A stretch of 64,000 nucleotides of DNA from Octopus sinensis (Eukaryota), in the NCBI RefSeq assembly GCF_006345805.1, contig NC_042999.1:6572001-6636000 (forward strand). Direction: 5' to 3'. Shown here piece by piece: positions 1 through 12,186 of the stretch (the stretch's first letter is position 1; every line of letters starts with the position of its first letter). Below the pieces are notes generated by a model. The model was not told where the DNA came from. It worked only from the letters and a program-made list of their open reading frames with translations, and ran no database searches. Position numbers and translations under genes: made by a program.

Positions 1-185
1 TTCTTAAATTATCTTCACTCTTTCCCCAATATCTAATCCTTCTTCTCAGTCACATCAAATGTTTTCGCTGCAGCACAGTTGTTAGATGCATTGGCAACTT
101 CAATAACTCTCAGTTTAAAACTTGCTTCGTATTTTCTTCTTTTTTTCTTTTATGGCGGCTCCATGGGTAGGTTGAGTATAAAAAG

Positions 186-558
186 CTAGCAGTAAGGGAA
201 ATAACTATATAAGCATTTTTAGAGAGTTATAGCCAAAAAATAGCAAAAAAATGCATTAAAAATGGAAAAAAAATGATAGTAAATTTTTTTTTAAATCGTT
301 GATTCATCGTAGACATTTTTAGAGAGTTACTTCCCTTATATAATAGCGAAAAAATGCATTAAAATGGAAAAAAATGATGGCAATTTTTTTTTTAAATCGT
401 AGACTCATCGCAGACGCGCGCTAATACCCAGAAGGGCTCGATATGAATCACGACTATAAGATACCCGGTTTTGGTTAAACTGCACCGCAAAATGTGGGAG
501 TAGTTAGGAATCTAAATCGTAGGAGACAGACACACAACCTTACTTTTATATATAAAGA
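186..558 (-). mobile_element. Non-autonomous Helitron, copy 1 (3' hairpin deleted)
   Basis: Near-identical to 9384-9779; minus strand starts A|TC and ends CTAG; lacks the 25-bp segment holding the subterminal hairpin. Confidence 0.75.
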
Positions 559-1087
559 TATCTGAAGAATTGTATCTGGTTGGTAGGAGAGTCAGGAACA
601 GACTGAATCAGAGAGAAAAAGAAGTGAAAACTACCATTGTAGTTGAATGGCCTTAAACAGAAGAAGAAAAAGAAAGCTGAGGAAGGAGGATGAAGATTTT
701 TTTTACGAATAAAAGAGTTTATCAACATTGTAAGATGTACACTTTGTCCCATATTAAAGCCAAATGGAAATTTTGGTAAGCTGACAGTCACCATACAACT
801 CATGGTTTAGCATGAGACGATCATATTCTGTGCTTTACCTCTTCAATTCCTTAACTTCTCAAATGAGTGAAATTTTGTACGCAAGTTTTCACCACATACC
901 CCGACTACAGAAAACTGTCTAATATTGGGGTATGTAAAGCCGAAATAGAAAAATGGGTACTAATAGCCATTTTTTCTGTCTTTTTTTTTATGCTTCAATA
1001 TGAAACCACTTTCCACAGTCAACACATCTCTTAAATATAGAACTGTAACAGTCAATGGGCTGCGGTCATGCTGGGGCACCACCTTCA

Positions 1088-1263
1088 AAATGCTTAGCGT
1101 TATTTCGCTCGTTGCTACGTTTTTATTTCAAATTCCGCTGAGGTCGACTTTGCTTTTCATCCTTTCGGGATCGATAAAATAAGGACCAGTTGAACACTGG
1201 CGTCGATGTAATCGACTCATCCCCACCTCCCACAAGCTGTCCCTGTGACAAAAATTTGAAAGG
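1088..1263 (+). mobile_element. SINE family A, alternative tail (A2), 5'-truncated
   Basis: B-box-like TTCAAATTCC, central GTCGACTTTGCnTTTCATCCTTTCGG domain, tail ending AAAATTTGAAA. Confidence 0.75.
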
Positions 1264-1412
1264 ATTATCAAGCTTGGTCCTTAATCCATAAGGTTTCTTT
1301 TGCCGGATTGCTGATTCGCAGAGACGCACACTAACCAATACCTGCTGCCGAGCGGTGGTGGGGATACAAATACGCATGCGCGCGCACACACGTCTACCAA
1401 ATTCATTCACAA

Positions 1413-1515
1413 ACATTGCTCAATCCGGGGCTATTGTAGAAGACACTTGTCGAAAGTGCCGTACAGTGGAACTGAACCCGAAACTATACGGCTGCAAAGC
1501 GAGCTTCTTAAACAT
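1413..1515 (-). mobile_element. SINE family B head fragment
   Basis: Similar to the reverse complement of the B head (gggctat.gtagaagacacttg...gtggaactgaaccc). Confidence 0.65.
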
Positions 1516-1587
1516 ATTGCCAATCAGAAAAAGAATTTCGATGTTGTTCAGATGGAGAAATGGAAAAGCAAAAGATGTAAACATTAT

Positions 1588-2025
1588 CGGTTTCAAATTT
1601 TCGGCACAAGGCCAGCAATTTCGGTGGGAGTGGGTAAGTCGATTACATCGACCCCAGTGCTCAACTGGTACTTATTTTATCGAAAGGCGGCGAGCTGGCA
1701 GAAACGTTAGCACGCCGGGCGAAATGCTTAGCCGTATTTCGTCTGCCGCTATGTTATGAGTTCAAATTCCGCCGAGGTCGACTTTGCCTTTCATCCTTTC
1801 GGGGTCGATTAAATAAGTACCAGTTACGCACTGGGGTCGATTTAATCGACTTAATCCGTTTGTCTGTCCTTGTTTGTCCTCTCTGTGTTTAGCCCCTTGT
1901 GCGTAGTAAAGAAATAGGTACTTATTTTATCGACCTTCCGAGGATGAAGTGCAAAATCGACCGAGGCAGAATTTGATCTCACAACGTAAAAATGTTTAGC
2001 TTAGCATGCTAACGGTTTTGGCATC
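1588..2025 (-). mobile_element. SINE A2 copy interrupted by a SINE A1 insertion
   Basis: A2 tail and central domain resume after the insertion; 17-bp TSD GGTACTTATTTTATCGA at 1667-1683 and 1917-1933. Confidence 0.8.
1686..1916 (+). mobile_element. SINE family A1, full length, tRNA-derived head
   Basis: GGCGAGCTGGCAGAA (A-box-like), GAGTTCAAATTCC (B-box), central domain, tail ending AAAGAAATA, flanked by TSD. Confidence 0.9.
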
Positions 2026-2556
2026 TCATCGCCATAAAATGACATAAAAGATTATTAGAATTTCGACTAAAAAGCTTGTATGAAATGTTAATAAAGGCTG
2101 TTCTGTGTTGAGGTTATTGTAGTATTGAGGTATTGAGGTTTCATATCTCACGTCGGCCTCTTCAACAGGTTCTTAGCATTTTGCTTTTGCCGTCGGCGGC
2201 AGTCGTACATATATAAAATCGATATGTCGTTTACCAAGCAACGATATATCATCATTCAACGCCCACAATTCATTCGCTTATGAATGTACGTGTGTGTCAG
2301 TCTGTATGGATTTAAATGAGTATGTGTGTGTGTGTGTCTGCGGTGTGCATATGTGTATGCGCTTGTCAGTGTGTACAGTGTGTATGTGTGTATGGTGTGC
2401 ATGTGAGCGTGTGTTAACATAATAATTGCAGAGATCGATATGGGTTCGAGAATAAACCGTCACCATGGTTACAGTCAATAAACGGACAAAACGCGGCTTG
2501 TCTACAATAAGCAGCCGGTTACTAAGCAACGGAAATTGGTTTCTCTGATGGGGAAC

Positions 2557-2606
2557 TAATAATAATAATAGTAGTAGTAGTAGTAATAATAATAATAATA
2601 ATAATG

Positions 2607-2637
<31 letters not shown>

Positions 2638-2688
2638 CAAGAAGTTTAAAACGGATCAATAGATGGATATACACATAATAAACACAAG

Positions 2689-2765
<77 letters not shown>
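2557..2765. repeat. (TAA)n/(TAG)n and (TA)n(TG)n microsatellites
   Basis: Direct reading. Confidence 0.95.
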
Positions 2766-2767
<2 letters not shown>

Positions 2768-3029
2768 CAGTAAAGTCTATGTAATCTCCAGCATGACCGA
2801 ATAAAAGAATACAAATACATAATGACATGCAGAAGACTACTTATTTAAATACATACTCATACACACACGTAGATATACACACATACAAATACACACACAT
2901 GCACTCACACACACACACTAGTATATGAGTGGATGACAATTTATATAAACATACATTTCTTTAGAAAAAACGTCCAGACAGAACATTTAAATATAAAAAC
3001 GAAAAGAAGATATTCCGCCCACGGACTTT

Positions 3030-3495
3030 CTAAAAGTTGTGATCCCCCACCTCGGTCATGAATGACCATGGGATTGCACCTAGAAAGTTACCATCCGAGG
3101 TACAAGTCCGGGCAAGGTTGTTTATGGAAGACCAGCAGTCGCCCATGCAAACCAGCCTCCTCTTTCCACACCACTGATGTTATCCAAGGGAAAGGCAAAG
3201 GGGCCGATACAGCTTGGCACCAGTGACGTCGCAGCTCATTTATTAACGTGCAAGTGGCTGAGCACTCCACAGACACGTTTACCCTTAATGTAGTTCTTGG
3301 GGAGAGTCATCATGATACAGAGTGTGATAAGGCTGGCCTTTTGAAATACAGGTATAACAGAAACAGGAAGAAAGAATGAGAGAAAGTTGTGGTGAAAGAG
3401 TACAGCAGGGTTTACCCCCCCTCCGCCGGAGCCTCGTCTGAGACACGATCCTACGACCGCGAGTCCGCTGCCCTAACCACTGGATGCGCCTCCAC
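3030..3495 (-). mobile_element. Mosaic of SINE-like fragments including a tRNA-derived head
   Basis: Reverse complement of about 3450-3485 reads CCAGTGGTTAGGGCAGCGGACTCGCGGTCGTAGGATCG (tRNA-like); the rest looks like dispersed repeat but is not resolved. Confidence 0.45.
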
Positions 3496-3545
3496 ATCCA
3501 AAAGTAATTATATATATATATATATATATATATAAAGAGAGAGAA

Positions 3546-3576
<31 letters not shown>

Positions 3577-3776
3577 TGAGGGAGATAGATAGTTAAAGGT
3601 AGATATAGCCGGCCTAAGTGGTTACCCTAGGTTTCGCGTCTGTAAAGCGCTTAGTTTTACAGCATTTCATCAGATCGTAAAATCTGTTGGCTTATGACGT
3701 CTCTCTCTTTATATATATATATGATTTTTTTCTCTCTCTAGCTGGGTGTCTGTCTGCCTGTCTGTTTCTGTCTCCC

Positions 3777-3815
<39 letters not shown>

Positions 3816-3881
3816 TAATTTAAAACATTTTGATTTAGCTTTATGCCGAATTATTATATATATATGATAATGTAATAAGAA

Positions 3882-4093
3882 TGATTTCAAATTTTTGCCA
3901 CAAGGGCAGCTTGGGGGAAGAGGATTAAGTCGATTTCATCGACCACAGTGCGTAACTGGTACCTATATAATCGACCCCGAAAGGATGAAAGGCAAAGCCG
4001 ACCTCGGCGGAATTTAAACTCAGAACGTAAATGCAGACGAAATACCGCTAAACATTTCGCCCGGCGTGCTCACGATTCTGCCATCTCGCCGCC
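3882..4093 (-). mobile_element. SINE A2, full length
   Basis: Head, central domain and A2 tail on the minus strand. Confidence 0.85.
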
Positions 4094-4200
4094 TTTCGCT
4101 GTCTTTAATAATGTAATAATGATTCTTGTAACTCCAACTAAAATGTTTTGAGTGCCTTTTTCTTTCGTTTGACCACTCACTCGTGTATGTAACGGAGATA

Positions 4201-4605
4201 GGCGCAGGAGTGGCGGTGTGGCAAGTAGCTTGCTAACCAACCACATGGTTCCGAGTTCAGTCCCACTGCGTGGCATCTTGGGCAAGCGTCTGCTATAGCC
4301 CCGGGCCGACCAAAGCCTTGTGAGTGGATTTGGTAGACGGAAACTGAACGAAGCCTGTCATATATATGTATATATATATATATATGTATGTGTGTATATG
4401 TTTGTGTGTCTGTGTTTGTCCCCCTAGCATTGCTTGACAACCGATGCTGGTGTGTTTACGTCCCCATCACTTAGCGGTTCGGCAAAAGAGACCGATAGAA
4501 TAAGTACTGGGCTTACAAAGAATAAGTCCCGGAGTCGATTTGCTCGACTAAAGGCGGTGCTCCAGCATGGCCACAGTCAAATGACTGAAAAAATAAGTAA
4601 AGAGT
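4201..4605 (+). mobile_element. SINE family B, composite, full length
   Basis: GGCGCAGGAGTGGC head, GGTTCC.AGTTCAGTCC B-box-like, TTGGGCAAG CORE-like motif, internal (TA)n(TG)n, tail GGCGGTGCTCCAGCATGGCC. Confidence 0.9.
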
Positions 4606-4609
4606 AATA

Positions 4610-5200
4610 ACTTAGATATGTTTCGGCCCAAGATTGGCCCAGGTCATATCCAACTTAATAGTACCACCTGATAGGATCTGTTAAGTAATTCAAAGTCAAG
4701 TTTGTGGTATCACGGCCCATTCACATAAGGTGTTGTTGTTGGCTGAGATGTATCGAAGTATAAAATGGCTTATCTGGTAGCTCCTGAAGAAATTTGCTCA
4801 GGTTTCGTTTGAAGGTGATGCGATCTTTTTCTACTTTGATTCGTTTTGGGTTAATGGATTAATTTGGGTTAATTGTTTTTGGGTAAATTGAGTTGTTAAA
4901 TAGAACAGGGCCTGTTGAGGAAAAGTAATTGTGTTGCAGTGAATTTATGTTGTGAGCTTGAATTGTGTCGGGGGCGTATGGCAAGTGGTCTCAGCCTTTG
5001 TTCGTTTGTGTTGAATAATCAATCGGCCGTTTGTCAGTCAAAGTTCTTTCGTCTCCGTTCGCGTCTTTTTCATTGGCTTAGTGACTTCCCGTTTCTTTCC
5101 AAGGTCTGCTCTGAATCTGTTTGAGAATTGGTCTTATACCTGTGTGTAAATAAAGTAGTGGTATTGAACCAGGGCGTGTGTTATTGGCTTAATGACCCTC
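4610..5200 (-). mobile_element. Degenerate CR1/L2-group LINE 3' end
   Basis: Minus-strand translation HNYFSSTGPVLFNN...FKRNLSKFLQELPDKP resembles the CR1-type ORF2 C-terminus (compare GPQLFNILP...FKLKLDLFLSGIPHEP at 17390-17520). Confidence 0.5.
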
Positions 5201-5281
5201 CCAAGATACAAGATTTGTATCAATATACGAATTTACATCAAGAATCTTGCAAATTAAATAGAAAAACAAAGTATACATACA

Positions 5282-5332
<51 letters not shown>

Positions 5333-5420
5333 CACACATACGCACACACACACACACATACGCCACACACACACACACACGCGCATACACACACATACGC
5401 ACACACACACACACACACAA
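5282..5420. repeat. (CA)n microsatellite
   Basis: Direct reading. Confidence 0.95.
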
Positions 5421-5666
5421 AGAAAATAACACAAGGTAGAAAATGCTTAAATAATTTTATGAAATACATTTTGTAAGGGTTAGGACCGGTTTCTGTCTTT
5501 TCGACTTTTCCATCTAAGAGTAAAACAAAGGTGGATATTAATTAAGAAGAAAAACAATTAAATTGATGAAAAAATTAAACGAAATGTTTTGAAAATATTT
5601 CCATTGTCTTCAAATAGGTAGGACATTTGACTTTTTTCTGTCTGTCTGTGTCTGTCTGTCTGTCTG

Positions 5667-5698
<32 letters not shown>

Positions 5699-5801
5699 TA
5701 TCCTTTGTGAACGTTCGATAGGTAGTAGCGGGTATAAAGAAATGTTTATGGGCGCAGAGATATATTTGGTTCTGAGTTTGATGGTATAAGCAGCAGCCGA
5801 A

Positions 5802-5842
<41 letters not shown>

Positions 5843-5843
<1 letters not shown>

Positions 5844-6662
5844 TACATATGTGGGAAATTCTGTCTGTGTGTTTGTTTGTGGCGTTGTTACCTAACTCCT
5901 CCTACATCGTTCTATCGATTTTGATGAAACTTGACACGTGAGTAGAACTCATGTCTGGAAACCTGATGGCATACTCAGTTTGTTGAAAAAAGAATCGATA
6001 ATAGGTCACTTGGAATGGATCCTTATATATAATCAAGGGAAATAACCCATTCATTTTCCTATATTATTTGGTAAAAATGAAATTGAGTATGTTTATTTCT
6101 TAGTATTTGAACTGTTAGAGTTATTTTCGCAATTCATCCAGTACAACCCTTAAACAAGAAAATAGTATTTTCCTACATAATAGATCCACTTATTTCGGTT
6201 AGTGACTTATTCACGAATATACCAACACTAGCGCCTCTGAGGGTAATATTTTCTGGGAACGCACAAAAACCCTTTTCAGAGTTATTTACTTTCAATTGTT
6301 ATTATCTCATATCTGATTAGCCTGTTATTACATAACATGCTTCACGATTTTAGTATACATACCTTATTAGTATTTCCTCCTATGTTCTATAAACTCTGGG
6401 AACGCATTAAAGCTCTTTTCGGAGCTACTTTATTTGAATTCTTACTACATTACTGACTTCACAATTTGGGTATTCATAACTTATTGGGTATTCCTAAAAA
6501 CCAAGATCCTATGTAAGACAGTTCGGTATTCTCTGTAAATACACAATAACCGCTTTAAGGGTTACATACTTTGTATTGTTGTTATTGGATTAGTGAAACA
6601 ATTATGAGAACGGAACCAACGGATAAGCCCCGCTTTCCCGGAATTATCGTGTACGTCAGTTA
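5843..6662 (+). mobile_element. Possible Helitron-derived non-autonomous element between (TA)n tracts
   Basis: Start resembles insect Lep1-type elements (ctgtctgtgtgtttgtttgt...cgattttgatgaaacttg); internal repeated ctgggaacgca; termini not canonical. Confidence 0.3.
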
Positions 6663-6696
<34 letters not shown>

Positions 6697-6719
6697 AAAT
6701 ATATATAAATATATATATA

Positions 6720-6752
<33 letters not shown>

Positions 6753-6765
6753 AATATATATATAT

Positions 6766-6844
<79 letters not shown>

Positions 6845-6922
6845 TAATATCTAATATATATATTGCTCCGGGAATACCAAAGCCTCATATATATATATAT
6901 ATATATGTATGTATACACACAC

Positions 6923-6973
<51 letters not shown>

Positions 6974-6990
6974 GTGTGTGTGTGTGTATC
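6663..6990. repeat. (TA)n microsatellite complex
   Basis: Direct reading. Confidence 0.95.
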
Positions 6991-6992
6991 TA

Positions 6993-7232
6993 TGTCTCCT
7001 TGCCATGACGTCGTGTAATTGTTGTAAATAAGTATCACCCTCATACAAGCATTGTCATTTGTTTCCAACATTCCACAAAAACATGTCTGGCCGTAGAGAG
7101 ATATTAACCTTGTTTGGCAACAGGTGAAGGTCGGTGACAGGAAGAGCACCAGGCCATAGAAGATTATTTTTGCCGCAACAAATTTCTTCTGACTCATGCA
7201 AGCATGGAAAAAACGGATGTTAAATGATGATG
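6993..7232 (+). mobile_element. 3' part of another SINE/LINE-like repeat ending in (GAT)n
   Basis: Ends GCAAGCATGGAAAAAACGGATGTTAAATGATGATG, a short-repeat tail typical of RTE-mobilised elements; single copy here. Confidence 0.4.
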
Positions 7233-7429
7233 CTCATGATACGCACACACATAAACATACATGATATATACATACTCACACAAATATACTTGCACAAACA
7301 CGCCTGCACACATTTATGCATAGAAATAGATAAACTTTATTTGATGATTCATCTCATCCAGTTCATTTATATTCATAATAGATCTGAGTGTGGAAAGATA
7401 TTCGCATGAACACGCGCGTGCTCAGACAC

Positions 7430-7561
7430 ACAGACAAACAAGCAAACGCACACAAAGCGAACACAGGATAACACATAGACGCAGAGATACAGACACACAT
7501 CTGTATCCATGTTTACACGTGTGTGTAGAGTTATCAAACGGAAGCAACTTTGTTACACATC

Positions 7562-7603
<42 letters not shown>

Positions 7604-7625
7604 CACACACACCCGAAGACGCACC

Positions 7626-7691
<66 letters not shown>

Positions 7692-8030
7692 ATATATGTA
7701 TATATATATACACATACATACACACAGATACACAGACTAACACACACAATTATATATATACATACATGCACGCAAACACACACATACACAGACATATATA
7801 TATATATATATATATAATATATATATACATACATACACGCACACATACAGACATACACACAAACATATACACACACAGTTATATATATATATACACACAT
7901 ACACACACAAACACACACAATTACATATATATACACACACACAATCACAGACAATTATATATATATACATACATACACGCACATACATATACACATGCAT
8001 ACCTCGCGCGCACATATACACACACACACA
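7430..8030. repeat. Mixed (CA)n/(TA)n low-complexity tract
   Basis: Direct reading. Confidence 0.9.
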
Positions 8031-8480
8031 GAATTTTTCCTCAGTCGCTGGAGACCGATGTTCTGCGTTTCGGACTTCGTCTCTGGGACAAATTGTCGTT
8101 TGCATTATTAACACATTTGCTTCAATTTTATGCCATCCTCTTGGTGCAGAGAGGCTGTCAGTCCCGTTTGATTTGGAGCGTTTTTAGAACAGAATTCCAG
8201 AGAGTCTTCAGGAAATTGTGGCTGTTTTATTTTTAATACAGAGAAAAACGGTGGCGAATGCTCTGCATTATTTTTTTCTTCTTCACCGGAATCAACTTTG
8301 TTTCTCATCCCTCCTGGATCGATGAAATGCAGTCCCAGTCAAAGATTGAACTCGATGTTTATCGACTGTCCCACCTCCTCGCAAAGTCAGAAACCATCGT
8401 GTTTAGGAGAAATTCGTAGATGTCACTTCCCCATTACATATGAGAAAGCTAGAGTGTTATGTCGGTTGGTAGAATATATC

Positions 8481-8706
8481 TATTTCTTTACTACCCACAA
8501 GGGGCTAAACACAGAGGGGACAAACAAGGACAGACAAACGGATTAAGTCGATTATATCGACCCCCAGTGCGTAACTGGTACTTATTTAATCGACCCCGAA
8601 ATGATGAAAGGCAAAGTCGACCTCGGCGGAATTTGAACTCAGAACGTAAATGCAGACGAAATACGGCAACGCATTTCGCCCGGCGTGCTAACGATTTTGC
8701 CAGTTC
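8481..8706 (-). mobile_element. SINE A1 with 20-bp TSD
   Basis: TSD GTCGGTTGGTAGAATATATC at 8461-8480 and 8707-8726. Confidence 0.9.
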
Positions 8707-9383
8707 GTCGGTTGGTAGAATATATCACAGTTAGTTGTATGAGTTGCATGTTAGTGTGGGTCAAGTAGTCAAGAAGCAGCCATGTAGCAATCTTTTTGAG
8801 AAAAGGTCATCTGATGTTAAGAAATTGGAGTACAACTTCGTTATACTTCAAATCGATTCTATAATGTCTTCCGCGAGTGCTAGATACACCACACAATATA
8901 GAGCTAATAATAAAATCCGTGAATTATACTTGGGTAGCCTAGCATATCTTAATACTATTAATGCTTATAACTGATCATATTTAATATACTTTTGCTTACC
9001 CTCAGTACTAACTTCAAATGCCGATGGCTAGTTTTATATAATCTATATTTTATATAATTTAATTTAGTAACTCTTTTCAGTTTGCTTCTAACCTTTATGA
9101 ACAAGTGTCGCCCTCTATGGTTATGTTCTTAATAATTCTTAATAATTCTTATTTATTCTTTTACCATTTTCTCAGTACAAACAATAATTTAGAATTTACT
9201 GAACCAATATGATTTTAATTAATTTGCTTTATTCTCAATAACATTACGCCAATATTGGTTTATAAAAACATTGGTATTCGTGTTTGTTTTTCGTTTTTTT
9301 TTATTGGGAATATCGGTTCTGTTTTTCCTTCTCCTTTATTTCTGGCCACTCAACTCGTAACTTCATTACTGTTGTATAACGAA

Positions 9384-9779
9384 CTAGCAGTATCGCCCGG
9401 CGTTGCTCGGGTTTGTAAGGGAAATAACTATATGAGCATTTTTAGACATGTAAAGTATAATAGCCATCTCAATATAGCTAACCACAAGGGGGGGGGTGTG
9501 TTACTGTAGTTTTTTACGTTCTGAGATTTAATAATAAATTTTTAGAGAGTTACTTCCCTTATATATGCCAAAAATGCATTAAATATGGGGAAAATTGATG
9601 GTAAATTTTTTTTTAAATCGTAGACTCATCGTAGACGCGCGCTAATACCCAGAAGGGCTCGATATGAATCACGACTATAAGATACCCGGTTTTGGTTAAA
9701 CTGCACCGCAAAATGTGGGAGTAGTTAGGAATCTAAATCTTAGGAGACAGACACACAACCTTACTCTTATATATAAAGA
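9384..9779 (-). mobile_element. Non-autonomous Helitron, copy 2 (canonical ends)
   Basis: Minus strand: A|TCTTTATATATAAGAG... CCCGAGCAACGCCGGG hairpin ...CTAG|T; AT target, no TSD. Confidence 0.85.
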
Positions 9780-10696
9780 TATTTCTAAATTTCGATATTC
9801 TATAGATTTTTATCTTTATGTTGACACTGGTTATTGCCTAAACTACCTCCATTATTCTAATATACACATTTATTTCTTTATGCCAATGTCGTCCTCCGTC
9901 AGTGGGCTGGCTCCTTACATTTGTCCTCTTCTGTTTCTAAGTATTTATGTGTTATGATTGCTGGCACTCGGATTATGGCTGCATCTTAAATCAATTATTT
10001 TCTAATCCTTTTGTCCTCCTCTCCTTTAATTTCCCTCTCCTCCGAAATATCGTTGAGACCTTAGCTATTCTCTGTGATTTCCTCAAGTTATTTTCCCTGA
10101 ATCATAATCAACTGGATCTCCCTTAATTAAAGCTAAATTTCTATTAGTTCAGCAATAATTAATGGATAACTAATGTCGGAGTTTCCTAACCGTGTCACTC
10201 TTTTGATGTTCTAAACAATATAACACAACAGGATTTTTTAGACCAACGACGGCGACTGTCTTCAAATATATTTTGATATGGTCAAATGTAACGCTTCCTA
10301 CCTACCATTTGCTGGTATACAAACCCGTTTTGACAAAGAGTAGCCTTTATGAGCGAGGTTGCTAAGTTTAATGACATCTTTTGTATAGAAATACCTTTCA
10401 TTCTTTAATTTACAATTTCATTCTGCTGTCCGCCCTCTTAAATGTTGGTAATTCTGATTAGAAACTTCACTTGTTGATGATCTGTTGATTAACCAATGTG
10501 TTACTGATAATTTGTTCTGAGCTTTGCGTAACATAATACATAATCTCACGGATGTTGTGTCTACTGCACACCTGATTGGACCATGTTTATGCTGCAATAA
10601 AAATTCTTAATGAAAACAATTGTAGCAAAACCAGATCGTAACCCGTTCGTCTGTTTTCTTTCTCTCACTCTCTCTGACTCTCTTTCTCCCTTTTGT

Positions 10697-11070
10697 CATA
10701 CATACATGCATACATACATACATACATCCATACACACATACATACATACATACATACATACATACATACATACATACATACATACATAACACACACACAT
10801 ACATACATACATACATACATACATACATACATACATGCATACATACACACATACAACATACATACATACAACATACACACACATACATACATCCATACAC
10901 ACATACATACATACATAACACACATACATACATACATACATACACACATACATACATAACACACATACATGCATACACACATACATACATAACACACATA
11001 CATGCATACACACATACATACATAACACACATACATACATACATACATACATACATACATACATACATAC
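10697..11070. repeat. (CATA)n microsatellite
   Basis: Direct reading. Confidence 0.95.
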
Positions 11071-11204
11071 AAAAAAAAATATATATTATGGGAAATATCC
11101 ACGCATCAGTTCATGAATCTCAAAGATTAAACCATGGGGTCTATTTCATTGGGAAGTTAAAATTGTTTAATAAACGTATGATCCTAACTTTGTTTACAAA
11201 TTAT

Positions 11205-11483
11205 TTATATGTGTATGTATGTATGCTTGTATGTATGTATGAATGTATGTATGTATGTATGTATGTATGTAAGTATGTATGTATGTATGTATGTATGTAT
11301 GCATGTATGTATGCATGTATGTATGTATGTATGTATGTATGTATGCTTGTATATATGCATGTATGTATGTATGTATGTATGTATGTATGTATGTATGTAT
11401 GCTTGTATATATGCATGTATGTATGTATGTATGTATGTATGTATGCTTGTATATATATATGTATGTATGTATGTATGTATGCT

Positions 11484-11515
<32 letters not shown>

Positions 11516-11626
11516 TGTGTGTACGTGTGTACATACGTTTGTATGTATATGTCTGTATATATGTTCGCTGTTTGTGCGTGTGTGCGTATATATATGTGTA
11601 TGTGTGGTTGTATGTATGTATGTATG

Positions 11627-11660
<34 letters not shown>

Positions 11661-11691
11661 GTATGTATGCATTTATGTGTGTGTGTGTGTA

Positions 11692-11747
<56 letters not shown>

Positions 11748-11757
11748 TGTGTGTGTA
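11205..11757. repeat. (TATG)n then (TA)n/(TG)n microsatellite
   Basis: Direct reading. Confidence 0.95.
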
Positions 11758-12186
11758 TCAAAGCGCTGAATACTTTCAATTCTGCAGACCGAACAACAAA
11801 GAAGCAGAGAAGTCTTTTGATTTCCGTACAGATTTTATTGTGTTTTTCGCAATCTCTATAGCCGTAGCCTATTATAAGAAAAACCACCGGCCATACATAT
11901 TGAACACGTAGATCTTGACGATAGAGGCCAATGAAATTGTTTACAACCGCTCATCAATGAAAGGCCATTGTATTTTACTACTGATGCGCTCTCAACTTTG
12001 AAGGCGAAAGAAGCCAACGACACACTCGTCTTTCACAAACTCTCGCAAGCTCCCATATATATACACATATATATATACGTAGGTATATACACATACCCAT
12101 ACAGACTGCCATAAGGAAAACACCCGTTACAATATTCTTAAAAAACGCAAGCACAGACACTTGTAGACATTCAGAGACACTTACAC

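Noticed and set aside
8040-8450. Unique sequence with short ORFs (MQTTICPRDEV..., MRNKVDSGEE...)
   Set aside because: No recognisable motif or convincing splice sites; cannot be supported as an exon
6562-11911. Long ORFs rich in YI, CV, HT or MYVC repeats (also at about 17742, 32184, 43866, 50469-50962, 57972)
   Set aside because: Translations of (TA)n, (CA)n and (TATG)n microsatellites that simply lack stop codons
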